Shown here: positions 17,046 through 25,692 of the stretch, in pieces
Layout: the number at the start of each line of letters is the position of its first letter
Numbering within the stretch: the first letter of the stretch is position 1
Source: an uncultured Gemmatimonadota bacterium
GTDB taxonomy: Bacteria > Gemmatimonadota > Gemmatimonadetes > Palauibacterales > Palauibacteraceae
Reading direction: 5' to 3'
DNA length: 64,000 nucleotides
Assembly: GCA_913043255.1 (NCBI GenBank)
Contig: CAJWLK010000001.1
Coordinates: 324,288 to 388,287 of the forward strand
Made by a program: the position numbers and the translations under genes
Notes under the pieces: generated by a model
What the model was told of the DNA's origin: nothing
The model's input: the letters and a program-made list of their open reading frames with translations, nothing else
Databases searched by the model: none

Positions 17046-18986
17046 TTAACGATACACTTGGAGTGGAAGACTAACAGCTCCCAGAGGAGCATCAGCAGTG
17101 TGGAGGGACAACTCTAGGTGGTTATTCAGTAAGTCATGTAGCATGTGCGCTGTGAGTTTGAGGCTGCCCTCGGCCGCTGCATTCCCCGGTCCCGATACCC
17201 GGTGAACGATAGCGTCAGGCCCGGCACCATCGCGACGTCGGATAACAATTGCATGCACCTCGTCATCGGGGAGACCACCTGAAACGATAAGGTAGCTCAG
17301 GTTCCCACCCGGAAGATCAAGGCTAAAACTTGCGTCTAGCTGCACTCCAGTCGGCCTTCCCAACCAATCGGCCTCGCCCGAGGCACTAAAAATAAGCGCC
17401 TCAGGAACCCGTGCTTCGACGAGTTCCGGTGTGCGATGCGGTGCCCGGCGCGGCGTCGTGGCCTGCTCTAGGCCGTATGCCAGCGAAACAAGCCGAACGT
17501 CGTCAAAGGGACGCCCTAAGAGCTCAATGCCTACAGGCAAATGCATTTCGGTGAACCCCGCAGGGGCGCTGATGGCCGGAAGTCCACTGTGTGCGGCCAG
17601 TGAGCAGGTACGACCTCCACGAGGCGCAGTTCCAATCAGCGTCGGCTCCTCTCTGAGCGTTGGATACGCAATCGCATCCAGACCATGTTCGTCCATCAAG
17701 TCGACCAAGGCTTTTCGGAGTGTTACCTGGCGATCTAGGGTCTCGCGGTATTCGTCTTCATCCCGTTCCTCCGCAAAACTCCTACGCCGATATGTCCCGT
17801 CCAGCACTTCATGATGGAGACCAAGCTCGACGATTTGAGGCAAGCCATCGATTGGAGTGCTCGACACCCCAGCTAGATAGTTTGCTAGATCGATCACGAA
17901 TTCTAGTCCAATAACGCTCGAGTTTATCAGAAGTGAATCGAGGTTTGGAATGGTGATATCGACCACCTCGGCACCTTCATCAGTCATGGCGGTCAGGGCA
18001 CGCCGCACAACCGTAGTCACCTGCCCCTCACCGCCCTCTTCACCAAGCCAAGCTTCTAGAGCCCCAATCTTCGCACCGCGCAATTCGTCCCTGTCCAAGT
18101 TAGCCAAAAAGTGAGGAGCCTCACGGTCTTTGAGCGTGTGTGTAGCTGGATCGGCCAAATCAAAGCCGACAGTCGCATCAAGTGCAATGGCCAGGTCGAC
18201 CACAGAACGCGCTAGTGGCCCACCTGTATCTTGTGTGTGTGAGAGCGGCACAATGCCATCGATACTTGAGAGTCCTTTAGTCGGCCTCAAACCGACGAGG
18301 TTGTGGACGGATGACGGAATCCGAATTGAACCACACGTATCTGACCCCCAGCCTACCGCAGCAAAACTTGCAGCCACACCGGCCCCAGTTCCACCGGAAG
18401 ATCCCCCAGGGTTGCGCTCAGGGGCGTACGGATTCCGTGTTTGACCTCCGAGTGAGCTGACACTTGTTATGCCCGCCGCCAGTTCATGGAGGTTAGTCTT
18501 CGCCAGAATGATCGCCCCTGCTTCTCGCAGCCTCCGTACCTGGAATGCATCATCGGGGGGGACTGAACCGGCCAAGGCAAGAGTCGATCCCGTAGTCGGC
18601 ATGTCGAACGTGTCATAATTATCCTTAAGGAGGATTGGGATACCGTGCAGCAAACCCCGCACTTGACCATCTGCTCGTTCTCGATCGAGTCGCACTGCTT
18701 GTGCACGCGCTTCTGGGTGGACACGGATAATGGCGTTGATCATCGGCCCTGATTTGTCATATGCCCTAATCCGATCCAGATATGCCTCCACAAGGTCGAC
18801 CGAAGTGACGTGACCCGAATCTAGCGCCGCCCTCAACTCTGGGATCGACGCTTCCATGACTTCGAACACAACCGACTCTTGTGACCACAAAGCAGTTACA
18901 AGTGAAGAGCCGGGGAGAACGCTCAAAACCAGAGTCATCATCCCAACCAAAAGTGCAAAACGACGGATCATGGGAGTACGCTCCAT
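17046..18986 (-). CDS. amidase (amidase-signature family) with signal peptide and extra C-terminal domain
   Basis: The signature GGSSGGTGAGVAASFAAVGWGSDTCGSIRIPSS is present. The N-terminus MIRRFALLVGMMTLVLSVLPGSS is signal-like. About 150 additional C-terminal residues are present. Confidence 0.85.
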   Translation of the reverse strand: MERTPMIRRFALLVGMMTLVLSVLPGSSLVTALWSQESVVFEVMEASIPELRAALDSGHVTSVDLVEAYLDRIRAYDKSGPMINAIIRVHPEARAQAVRLDRERADGQVRGLLHGIPILLKDNYDTFDMPTTGSTLALAGSVPPDDAFQVRRLREAGAIILAKTNLHELAAGITSVSSLGGQTRNPYAPERNPGGSSGGTGAGVAASFAAVGWGSDTCGSIRIPSSVHNLVGLRPTKGLSSIDGIVPLSHTQDTGGPLARSVVDLAIALDATVGFDLADPATHTLKDREAPHFLANLDRDELRGAKIGALEAWLGEEGGEGQVTTVVRRALTAMTDEGAEVVDITIPNLDSLLINSSVIGLEFVIDLANYLAGVSSTPIDGLPQIVELGLHHEVLDGTYRRRSFAEERDEDEYRETLDRQVTLRKALVDLMDEHGLDAIAYPTLREEPTLIGTAPRGGRTCSLAAHSGLPAISAPAGFTEMHLPVGIELLGRPFDDVRLVSLAYGLEQATTPRRAPHRTPELVEARVPEALIFSASGEADWLGRPTGVQLDASFSLDLPGGNLSYLIVSGGLPDDEVHAIVIRRRDGAGPDAIVHRVSGPGNAAAEGSLKLTAHMLHDLLNNHLELSLHTADAPLGAVSLPLQVYR

Positions 18987-19038
18987 GAATTAAAGGGTTT
19001 AGGGTGACCAAAGGATGCTACGGTAGATAGTCCTATAG

Positions 19039-19512
19039 CTACCACGCATCATGGGCAGGGTGACCCTCACGGATCTCAACAAACGTACCAGAGCAGGTCG
19101 CGGTTACCTCTCCTCCTGATGTGAGTTCTGCTTCTACAACTGCCTTCCGATCAGTCGCCTCAGACACCCAAGCCCGAAGACGGACCGGTTCACTGGAGGC
19201 GGTTGGTCGCCGGAGCCTGACCGAGTATTCAGCCGTGACGGTAATTTGCGGACGATCCGCACCGCGCATCTGCATGAAATAATGGGCAGCAGCCCAGTTA
19301 CAGTGGCAATCGAACAGTGTGCCTATGATCCCACCATTTAGAACTCCAGGGAACGAGGCATGGTTTGGCCCGGGCGTCCATTCCGCGACCACCTCGTCAC
19401 CCTGCGCGAAGCTTCTGAGGTGAAGCCCCTCTGGATTCGATGGTCCACAACCCCAACACACCGACCCTCGGGCATACCTTTCCTGGAGGCCTTCACTCAC
19501 TTCAGGGTCCAA
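19039..19512 (-). CDS. PaaI/hotdog-fold thioesterase family protein
   Basis: Hotdog-fold motifs are present (GVLNGGIIGTLFDCHCNWAAA). The start was trimmed to TTG/GTG at about 19512/19500, because the track ORF start (19620) would overlap the upstream ligase by about 107 nt. Confidence 0.6.
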   Translation of the reverse strand: MDPEVSEGLQERYARGSVCWGCGPSNPEGLHLRSFAQGDEVVAEWTPGPNHASFPGVLNGGIIGTLFDCHCNWAAAHYFMQMRGADRPQITVTAEYSVRLRRPTASSEPVRLRAWVSEATDRKAVVEAELTSGGEVTATCSGTFVEIREGHPAHDAW

Positions 19513-19513
19513 T

Positions 19514-21103
19514 TCACAAGTGCGAGGGGTCAGACAACTTGGCACGCTCCTGCTCAACAAGAAGACGGCGGAGGATCTTGCCTGAGGGTGACTTTGGGAT
19601 CTCATCTGTGAACTCGACAAGTCGGACCTTCTTATACGGAGCTACCCGCTCGGCCACGTAAGCCTTGAGTTCTTCCTCTCCTATCGGATCCGCGAGAACG
19701 ACAAAGGCCTTAGGGATCTCTCCAGCCTCTTCGTCTGGGACCGGGATGACAGCAACATCCGCTACAGATGGGTGGGAGAGCAAAACATCTTCGAGTTCTG
19801 CGGGTGGAACTTGAAAAGCCTTGTACTTGATCAACTCTTTCGCGCGATCCACGATTAACAGATAGCCATCTTCATCAATGAAGCCAACATCACCCGTATG
19901 CAGCCATCCTTCTTCGTCAACTGTATGTGCTGTTGCTTCCGGATTATTGAGATATCCTACCATAACCTGAGGCCCACGGACCCAAATCTCACCTGGCTGA
20001 TTCGGCCCAACAGGTTTGCCTGAATCCAAATCAATAATGAGAGTTTCCGTATTGGATACCGCCTGCCCGACCGTCGCGATCTTACGCGGGCCGACATCTC
20101 TTGAACACAGGTGCGTGACGGGGCTCGCTTCCGTCAAACCATACCCCTGGAAGACCCGACATCCCAAGCGTTCCTGACAAGCCATCGCAACTTCCTCACC
20201 CAACGGAGCTGCCCCCGACATAACCCATTCGACTGAAGAAAGATCATATTGTTCGACGATCGGATGTTTAGCTAATGCGAGGACAATCGGTGGTACCACG
20301 TAGGCACGGTTGACCTCAAACTTCTGGATTGTGTGCAGGAAGTCTTCGAGGTCGAATCGTGGCATCGTAACAAGAGTGGCCCCCTCGCGGAGGCAAACAC
20401 TCATTACCACTACCATCCCGTATATGTGAAAAAATGGGAGGACGGCAATGATCACATCGTCAGCTTCAATCTTATCAGCTGCAAGATACTGTTCGATGTT
20501 TGCTACAAGGTTTTGATGCGTAAGCATCACCCCCTTCGGGCGCCCCGTCGTACCGCTCGAGTACGGCAGCGTCACGATATCCGTGGCGGTAACACAGCCC
20601 TTATCAAGTTCAACATCCATTTCCATGCCCGTCTTGATAAGCTCGGCGAATGCCGTGACTCCATCAGCTTCCCCAAATACAAAGATCTCTTCAATACCAA
20701 CTTGAGCAGCAGCTCGTTGCACTTTTTCTAATAGGGGCGGGATGGTGATAATCCAACCAGCATCCGAATCGCCGAGCTGGTGAACGAGTTCTTCTTCAGT
20801 GTTCAGCGGGTTTAGTGTGGTGCTGCAGCCACCCGCCATAGCAATAGCGTGAAAAGCAATCGCGTACTCCGGCATATTTGGGCTAGATATCGCGACGACT
20901 CCCCCACGCTTGAGTCCACGGCCAGACAAGCCTTTAGCGGCAGCCTCAGCCTGATCTCGGAGTTGTCCATACGTTACAATTCGCCCGGTCGGACCTTCAA
21001 TGAAGGCTGGCTTATCTTCTCGTCCATCGAGAGAGCCAAGCAGATATTCGGACAGCGTCAACTCGGGCACGGTAATTGTTGGGCGCGAGCTTTCGAAAAT
21101 CAT
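19514..21103 (-). CDS. AMP-dependent acyl-CoA synthetase/ligase (4-coumarate-CoA-ligase-like)
   Basis: AMP-binding motifs are present: YSSGTTGRPKGVMLTH, GYGLTEASP and a C-terminal PKSPSGKILRR. The start is moved to the internal Met MIFESS at about 21103. Confidence 0.85.
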   Translation of the reverse strand: MIFESSRPTITVPELTLSEYLLGSLDGREDKPAFIEGPTGRIVTYGQLRDQAEAAAKGLSGRGLKRGGVVAISSPNMPEYAIAFHAIAMAGGCSTTLNPLNTEEELVHQLGDSDAGWIITIPPLLEKVQRAAAQVGIEEIFVFGEADGVTAFAELIKTGMEMDVELDKGCVTATDIVTLPYSSGTTGRPKGVMLTHQNLVANIEQYLAADKIEADDVIIAVLPFFHIYGMVVVMSVCLREGATLVTMPRFDLEDFLHTIQKFEVNRAYVVPPIVLALAKHPIVEQYDLSSVEWVMSGAAPLGEEVAMACQERLGCRVFQGYGLTEASPVTHLCSRDVGPRKIATVGQAVSNTETLIIDLDSGKPVGPNQPGEIWVRGPQVMVGYLNNPEATAHTVDEEGWLHTGDVGFIDEDGYLLIVDRAKELIKYKAFQVPPAELEDVLLSHPSVADVAVIPVPDEEAGEIPKAFVVLADPIGEEELKAYVAERVAPYKKVRLVEFTDEIPKSPSGKILRRLLVEQERAKLSDPSHL

Positions 21104-21357
21104 AGCGTTCACTCTATTTCCTAACTTCAGATGGCCTAGAACCTGGCTCGTTTGGCAAGATCTAGCTTTGAGCCACAGGCAGGCAAGACGCAACGGTCGG
21201 ATCAGAAAAAAACAATCCACACCAATGGGCTTCTCGTAGCCCCCTCGTCACTTTATCGAATACAAACATCCAACTGACACTTCTTGTCGAAAACAGTTTC
21301 GATGTATACTAGCTCATGAATCGGTAGACTCGTTCCCTGAGTTGATCATAATCAGGT

Positions 21358-22161
21358 ATGGTATTGCTCAAATTCTTCGAATCCCGAGGCTTTGCATTGG
21401 CACTGAATCGAAAGATCCTTCTCTGTACGATCGCTCTTGGCTTGAGTGGATTGTTTGTTTGTCTTGGATTCTGGCAGTTAACTCGACGAGCGGAAAATTT
21501 AGCAGGCGCCCAAACTCGCCTCGAGCGTTTCGCCCAACCACCATTCGAGTGGAGGGACGGACAATCCCTACCTGCTGACACGACTGGCATTTTGGGACGG
21601 AAGGCTCGCCTCAGTGGGCGTTGGGATTTCGAACGTGAAGTCATCATCCGGAGTCGGACCTCTGAAGGACGCCCTGGGGTCGAAGTTTTGACCCCTTTGC
21701 TGTTGGGTGAGACAGGCAGGTACGCCGTTATGGTACTCCGTGGATGGTTGCCCGCACCTGATGGACTTCGCGCAAATTTGACATCTGCTTGGCCCGCTGA
21801 TCTCGAGGCGGCTGAATTTCATGTCGTACAGGTCGAAGGTGTGCTTATCTCTTCGAGAGATGGCCGGGGCGGCCCTCTCATCCATGTGCCCGTCGAAAAC
21901 AAAGAACACATTGCGCTCGGAGGGCTGGACTTGGCCCAAATACGGAAACATCTCGACTACAGAGTGTCGAACTTTGTCTTACGTGCTTCCGATCCAGAGC
22001 CCGGGACGAGCGCCCTGAAACCGGCCCGGACAATTAAAACTGGGGGTGGCCTAAATTTATCATACGCACTCCAATGGTTTTCGTTCGCCATCATCACACT
22101 CGCCGGCACGATCATTCTTCTCAGGAAGGAGCGAGCGCATGAGCAATCGAAGGTTCTCTGA
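21358..22161 (+). CDS. SURF1 family protein (cytochrome oxidase assembly-like)
   Basis: 267 aa. An N-terminal TM is followed by WQLxRxxxK-like GFWQLTRRAENL, and there is a C-terminal TM. This is the SURF1 topology. Confidence 0.7.
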   Translation: MVLLKFFESRGFALALNRKILLCTIALGLSGLFVCLGFWQLTRRAENLAGAQTRLERFAQPPFEWRDGQSLPADTTGILGRKARLSGRWDFEREVIIRSRTSEGRPGVEVLTPLLLGETGRYAVMVLRGWLPAPDGLRANLTSAWPADLEAAEFHVVQVEGVLISSRDGRGGPLIHVPVENKEHIALGGLDLAQIRKHLDYRVSNFVLRASDPEPGTSALKPARTIKTGGGLNLSYALQWFSFAIITLAGTIILLRKERAHEQSKVL

Positions 22162-22420
22162 CTGGCAAAGGAAACAATGGGAAGTTCAGGTGACATCGAA
22201 ATCGGAATGGCAGTTCAACCCAATCGGTGGTAACAACGCCTCGGCCCGGCGTGTCTGTCCGCCACTGTACGCGGGGGACGATCCCTTCGAACTCAGCGAA
22301 CAAGAGCTTCAAAAAATCTTAGGAAATTCGACGACCCCGCCAATCTCGACTAAGCCGTCTCCGTTTGGAGACGACTATTCACCACCCGAGAAAAAATCTC
22401 CGTTTCTAGATGACCTGTGA
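22139..22420 (+). CDS. hypothetical protein (93 aa)
   Basis: ORF with AGGAG 8 nt upstream of the ATG. It overlaps the SURF1 3' end by 23 nt. It is Pro/Ser-rich with no recognisable domain. Confidence 0.25.
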   Translation: MSNRRFSDWQRKQWEVQVTSKSEWQFNPIGGNNASARRVCPPLYAGDDPFELSEQELQKILGNSTTPPISTKPSPFGDDYSPPEKKSPFLDDL

Positions 22421-22432
22421 GTCAAACTCAGT

Positions 22433-23095
22433 TCAACGATTAAATCGCAAATCGCGTTCGTCATCCCTGAGAGCCATGGGCGGTCCCAAAATCTCTGCTA
22501 AGAGAATAGCACGCTGCAACGGCGGATAACGATCGAAATAACCAAACGCTCTGATTTCATCTGATCGTGAACTCCGTATACGTGTCCTTCCTGCACCCGA
22601 TTGTTGGTACGATCCCACTCCACGTTGGGAAGCGGTCACTGCCTGGCTCCCTTGTGCGGGTGGAGTCGTGAGTATCGACTGCCCCCCCTCTTGCAAAACC
22701 TTCCGACCTGCTCTGAAGGCGGTTTCATCGAAATCGTCATCTTCCACATGGGCGACAAAACTCCCGGGGCGACCCTCTCCCGCAGCCTCCTGCATTTGGC
22801 GCTCGATCTGGCGGGCCATACCGGTCCACTGGTCGCGGAGAGCTCTGCCACGTTCTGCTAAGGGAACCGAACGAGGCAAACCAGGAGCGACCTTACGTGG
22901 AGTCGAACGGTTGGGCTGTTCCCTTTGGTGAGGTGTTCTACTCGGGCCACTCTCGACCTCAATGCCCGTCTCCTCATGGCTTAAATCTTCATTTTCAGCG
23001 GCCTCGCGATGACGCTGGGCCGCACGCCTGAGACCTCGCAGCCAAAGGGTGGCAAGAATAATTCCCCAAAAGATGAGTTCAAAAGATTCTGGCAT
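22433..23095 (-). CDS. hypothetical membrane-anchored protein, third gene of nfeD-floA operon
   Basis: 220 aa. The N-terminal TM is IFWGIILATLWL, followed by a charged region. It lies 15 nt downstream of floA on the same strand. Confidence 0.5.
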   Translation of the reverse strand: MPESFELIFWGIILATLWLRGLRRAAQRHREAAENEDLSHEETGIEVESGPSRTPHQREQPNRSTPRKVAPGLPRSVPLAERGRALRDQWTGMARQIERQMQEAAGEGRPGSFVAHVEDDDFDETAFRAGRKVLQEGGQSILTTPPAQGSQAVTASQRGVGSYQQSGAGRTRIRSSRSDEIRAFGYFDRYPPLQRAILLAEILGPPMALRDDERDLRFNR

Positions 23096-23110
23096 TTAAC
23101 GAGACTCCAA

Positions 23111-24133
23111 TTAGTCCAGATCGCTGTCCCGACCACCTTCTGGCGACTTCGCTATCGAACCTCTCATCTCCGTGTCACTCTGTATGTTACGGTACTTCAT
23201 ATAATCCATAATGCCAAGGTTCCCATCCCGGAATGCGTCAGCTACCGCAAGTGGAACCTGAGCTTCTGCCTTCACGACCTCGGCCTGCATTTCCTCTACT
23301 AACGCCTTGTTCTCCTGTTCTGCCGCAACCGCCATCGCACGCCGCTCTTCCGCCTTGGCTTGGGCAATCCGTTTATCCGCCTCTGCCTGATCGGTCTGGA
23401 GTTCCGCACCGATGTTCTTGCCCACATCCACGTCCGCAATATCAATCGAAAGGATTTCAAACGCTGTTCCGCTATCAAGGCCTTTCGCTAACACGGTCTT
23501 TGAGATGTTGTCTGGGTTTTCGAGCACTCTTTTATGTGTTTCGGCTGATCCTATGGTGGACACGATGCCCTCACCTACACGGGCCAAAATGGTTTCTTCC
23601 CCTGCCCCACCAACCAGCCGGTTGATGTTCGCACGAACTGTGACACGAGCAGTTGCGATGAGCTGGATCCCATCCTTTGCCATCGCCGCCACTTTTGGTG
23701 TTTGAATCACACGCGGGTTCACAGAGACTTGGACAGCATCCAACACATCTCGGCCTGCAAGATCGATGGCTGCAGCTTGTTGAAAAGGAAGGTCGATGTT
23801 CGCCTTGTCGGCCGAAATCAGCGCGTTTACCACGCGTTCCACATCCCCCCCCGCAAGGTAGTGTGACTCAAGTTCGTTGGTTGCGAGAGGAAGTCCCGCC
23901 TTTTCAGAGCTAATCAGGGGGTAAACAATACTCGGGGGATGAACCTTTCGAAGCCGCATACCAACAAGGCTGCCAAGGCCCACTCGAACTCCAGAAGCCA
24001 ACGCCGCAACCCACAACCGAACCGGTATGGCCCACATGAGAAGTAAGAGAAAAAATGCGACAATTAGAACGAGAACTATGCTGGTGCCAGCAAAACCTTG
24101 CATCAGAAAACCTTGGTAAAGGGTTGTCGACAA
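23111..24133 (-). CDS. floA: flotillin-like protein FloA (SPFH/band-7, UPF0365)
   Basis: It is near-colinear with Bacillus FloA/YqfA: [82 protein letters not shown] and [14 protein letters not shown]. Confidence 0.9.
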   Translation of the reverse strand: MSTTLYQGFLMQGFAGTSIVLVLIVAFFLLLLMWAIPVRLWVAALASGVRVGLGSLVGMRLRKVHPPSIVYPLISSEKAGLPLATNELESHYLAGGDVERVVNALISADKANIDLPFQQAAAIDLAGRDVLDAVQVSVNPRVIQTPKVAAMAKDGIQLIATARVTVRANINRLVGGAGEETILARVGEGIVSTIGSAETHKRVLENPDNISKTVLAKGLDSGTAFEILSIDIADVDVGKNIGAELQTDQAEADKRIAQAKAEERRAMAVAAEQENKALVEEMQAEVVKAEAQVPLAVADAFRDGNLGIMDYMKYRNIQSDTEMRGSIAKSPEGGRDSDLD

Positions 24134-24200
24134 CGCCGATCTTTAAGAATCACTCGGCGCCATATCACACCTACTTTTATAAAGTCGGACTGCAGTATTT

Positions 24201-25628
24201 CTACGATTCTTCATTAGCATCGGGCGAAGGTTCGGACTCATGCTTCGGATCCAGAGCACGTACAACGTGTCGGTAGCTTTCGGCCTGAACGACGCGGACC
24301 TCAGTATTAGCCTCAATCCATGGACCTTCAGTGACTACATCGATGCGTTCATCGTTGACCAAAGCCGTACCAGCAGGCCGAAGATCCGTCACTGCGATTC
24401 CGACCTCACCTACCAGATCTTCTCGCTCAGGTGCAGACAAATATCCCGTCTCTCGACTCGTCGATGATCGGAGAAAGATTCCCGCCAGGCGTCGGCTACT
24501 AGGAAGACGTCGCAGAAGTACCCAACCAAAAACCACGACCAGAATAATCGAGAAGGAAACAAGTCCGGCAGCATTAAAAACCTGATCGAATGTTGGGAAC
24601 TGCCCAACCATAGCCAACACAGAGCTCCCTAAAACAGCTCCCGTACCAAGAATGCCTGCGATACCAAACCCGGGGATGAGAAATACCTCCGCTGCGATTA
24701 GGATGACACCAGCCCCTAGAAGAAGTATCTCCTCAAGGCCCGCCAAGTGAACAAGGTGGTGTGCGCCGAAGAATGCGGCCAGCGCTAGCAACCCAATTGC
24801 TCCCGCCAGTCCAAATGTCGGCGTCCGGATCTCTACCAATAGCCCGAGGAATCCGAGACTCATCAACAGTGGTGCAACAACTGGGTTCGTGAGAAAACGA
24901 ACGATCGCTTCAGCCCAGTTTGGCGTCACCTCTCTCGTCGCTCCAGGCGGAAGGCCTACAGTTTGGAATAACTCTATGAGGTCTTGCACTTGAGCATCCG
25001 CCACTTCGAGTGCAATGGCTTCTTCAGTCGTTAAGGTGAGCAGCTTTCCGGCCTCAACAACATCCGGAACTTCGATGCTCTCATCTACCATGGCCTCCGC
25101 AAGCTGAGGGTCAAATCCGCGTTCTTCTGCAAGCGCACGAAATTCAGACCGCATCGCACTTACCATCTTTTCCGAGGCTTTCTCACCTGCTCCTGTAATT
25201 GGCGTTGCCGCCCCGATGGTCGAACCCGGTCGCATGTACAGACGGTCAGCCGCCAGTGCAATCATCGCACCTGCCGACAGCGCTCGCCGATTTACGTACG
25301 CATAAACAGGAACCGAAGTTTCCCGAACGTCATCGATAATTTTCCAGGCTGCGTCTACACGACCACCGGGCGTATCCAAGTCAAGGATGACCGCAGGGGC
25401 TCCAGTAGACACTGCGTCAGACAGGGCGCGTGAGACGAAAGGCGCCAGGCCAAGTTCAATCGTCCCGGTAATTGGGATGCGCACTACCTCGGAGCCAGCC
25501 TGTTCAAACGAACGGCTAATGGGTGTCGTCGATCCCTCGGACACAAAACCATACATCGTGCTTCCGAGAAAAAATAACACCAACACCGAACCAAGCCCGG
25601 GACGCAGGGAGAGTCCTTTCCATACCAT
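24201..25628 (-). CDS. NfeD-like membrane-bound ClpP-class serine protease (YqeZ-like)
   Basis: 475 aa. It has an N-terminal signal/TM, a ClpP-like protease domain (GGRVDAAWKIID, ALSAGAMIALAADRLYMRPGSTIGAA), multiple TMs and a C-terminal OB-like domain. It lies upstream of floA, the classical pairing. Confidence 0.8.
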   Translation of the reverse strand: MVWKGLSLRPGLGSVLVLFFLGSTMYGFVSEGSTTPISRSFEQAGSEVVRIPITGTIELGLAPFVSRALSDAVSTGAPAVILDLDTPGGRVDAAWKIIDDVRETSVPVYAYVNRRALSAGAMIALAADRLYMRPGSTIGAATPITGAGEKASEKMVSAMRSEFRALAEERGFDPQLAEAMVDESIEVPDVVEAGKLLTLTTEEAIALEVADAQVQDLIELFQTVGLPPGATREVTPNWAEAIVRFLTNPVVAPLLMSLGFLGLLVEIRTPTFGLAGAIGLLALAAFFGAHHLVHLAGLEEILLLGAGVILIAAEVFLIPGFGIAGILGTGAVLGSSVLAMVGQFPTFDQVFNAAGLVSFSIILVVVFGWVLLRRLPSSRRLAGIFLRSSTSRETGYLSAPEREDLVGEVGIAVTDLRPAGTALVNDERIDVVTEGPWIEANTEVRVVQAESYRHVVRALDPKHESEPSPDANEES

Positions 25629-25692
25629 GGACAGAATCTAACCTAGAGTATGTCGCCGGCCCAGTTCATCAAGCCTCCGTGTTTCAGGAACC

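Noticed and set aside
17431-18444. Plus-strand ORFs of 127, 84 and 104 aa inside the amidase gene
   Set aside because: They are antisense or nested to a gene with a perfect amidase signature. They have low-complexity translations.
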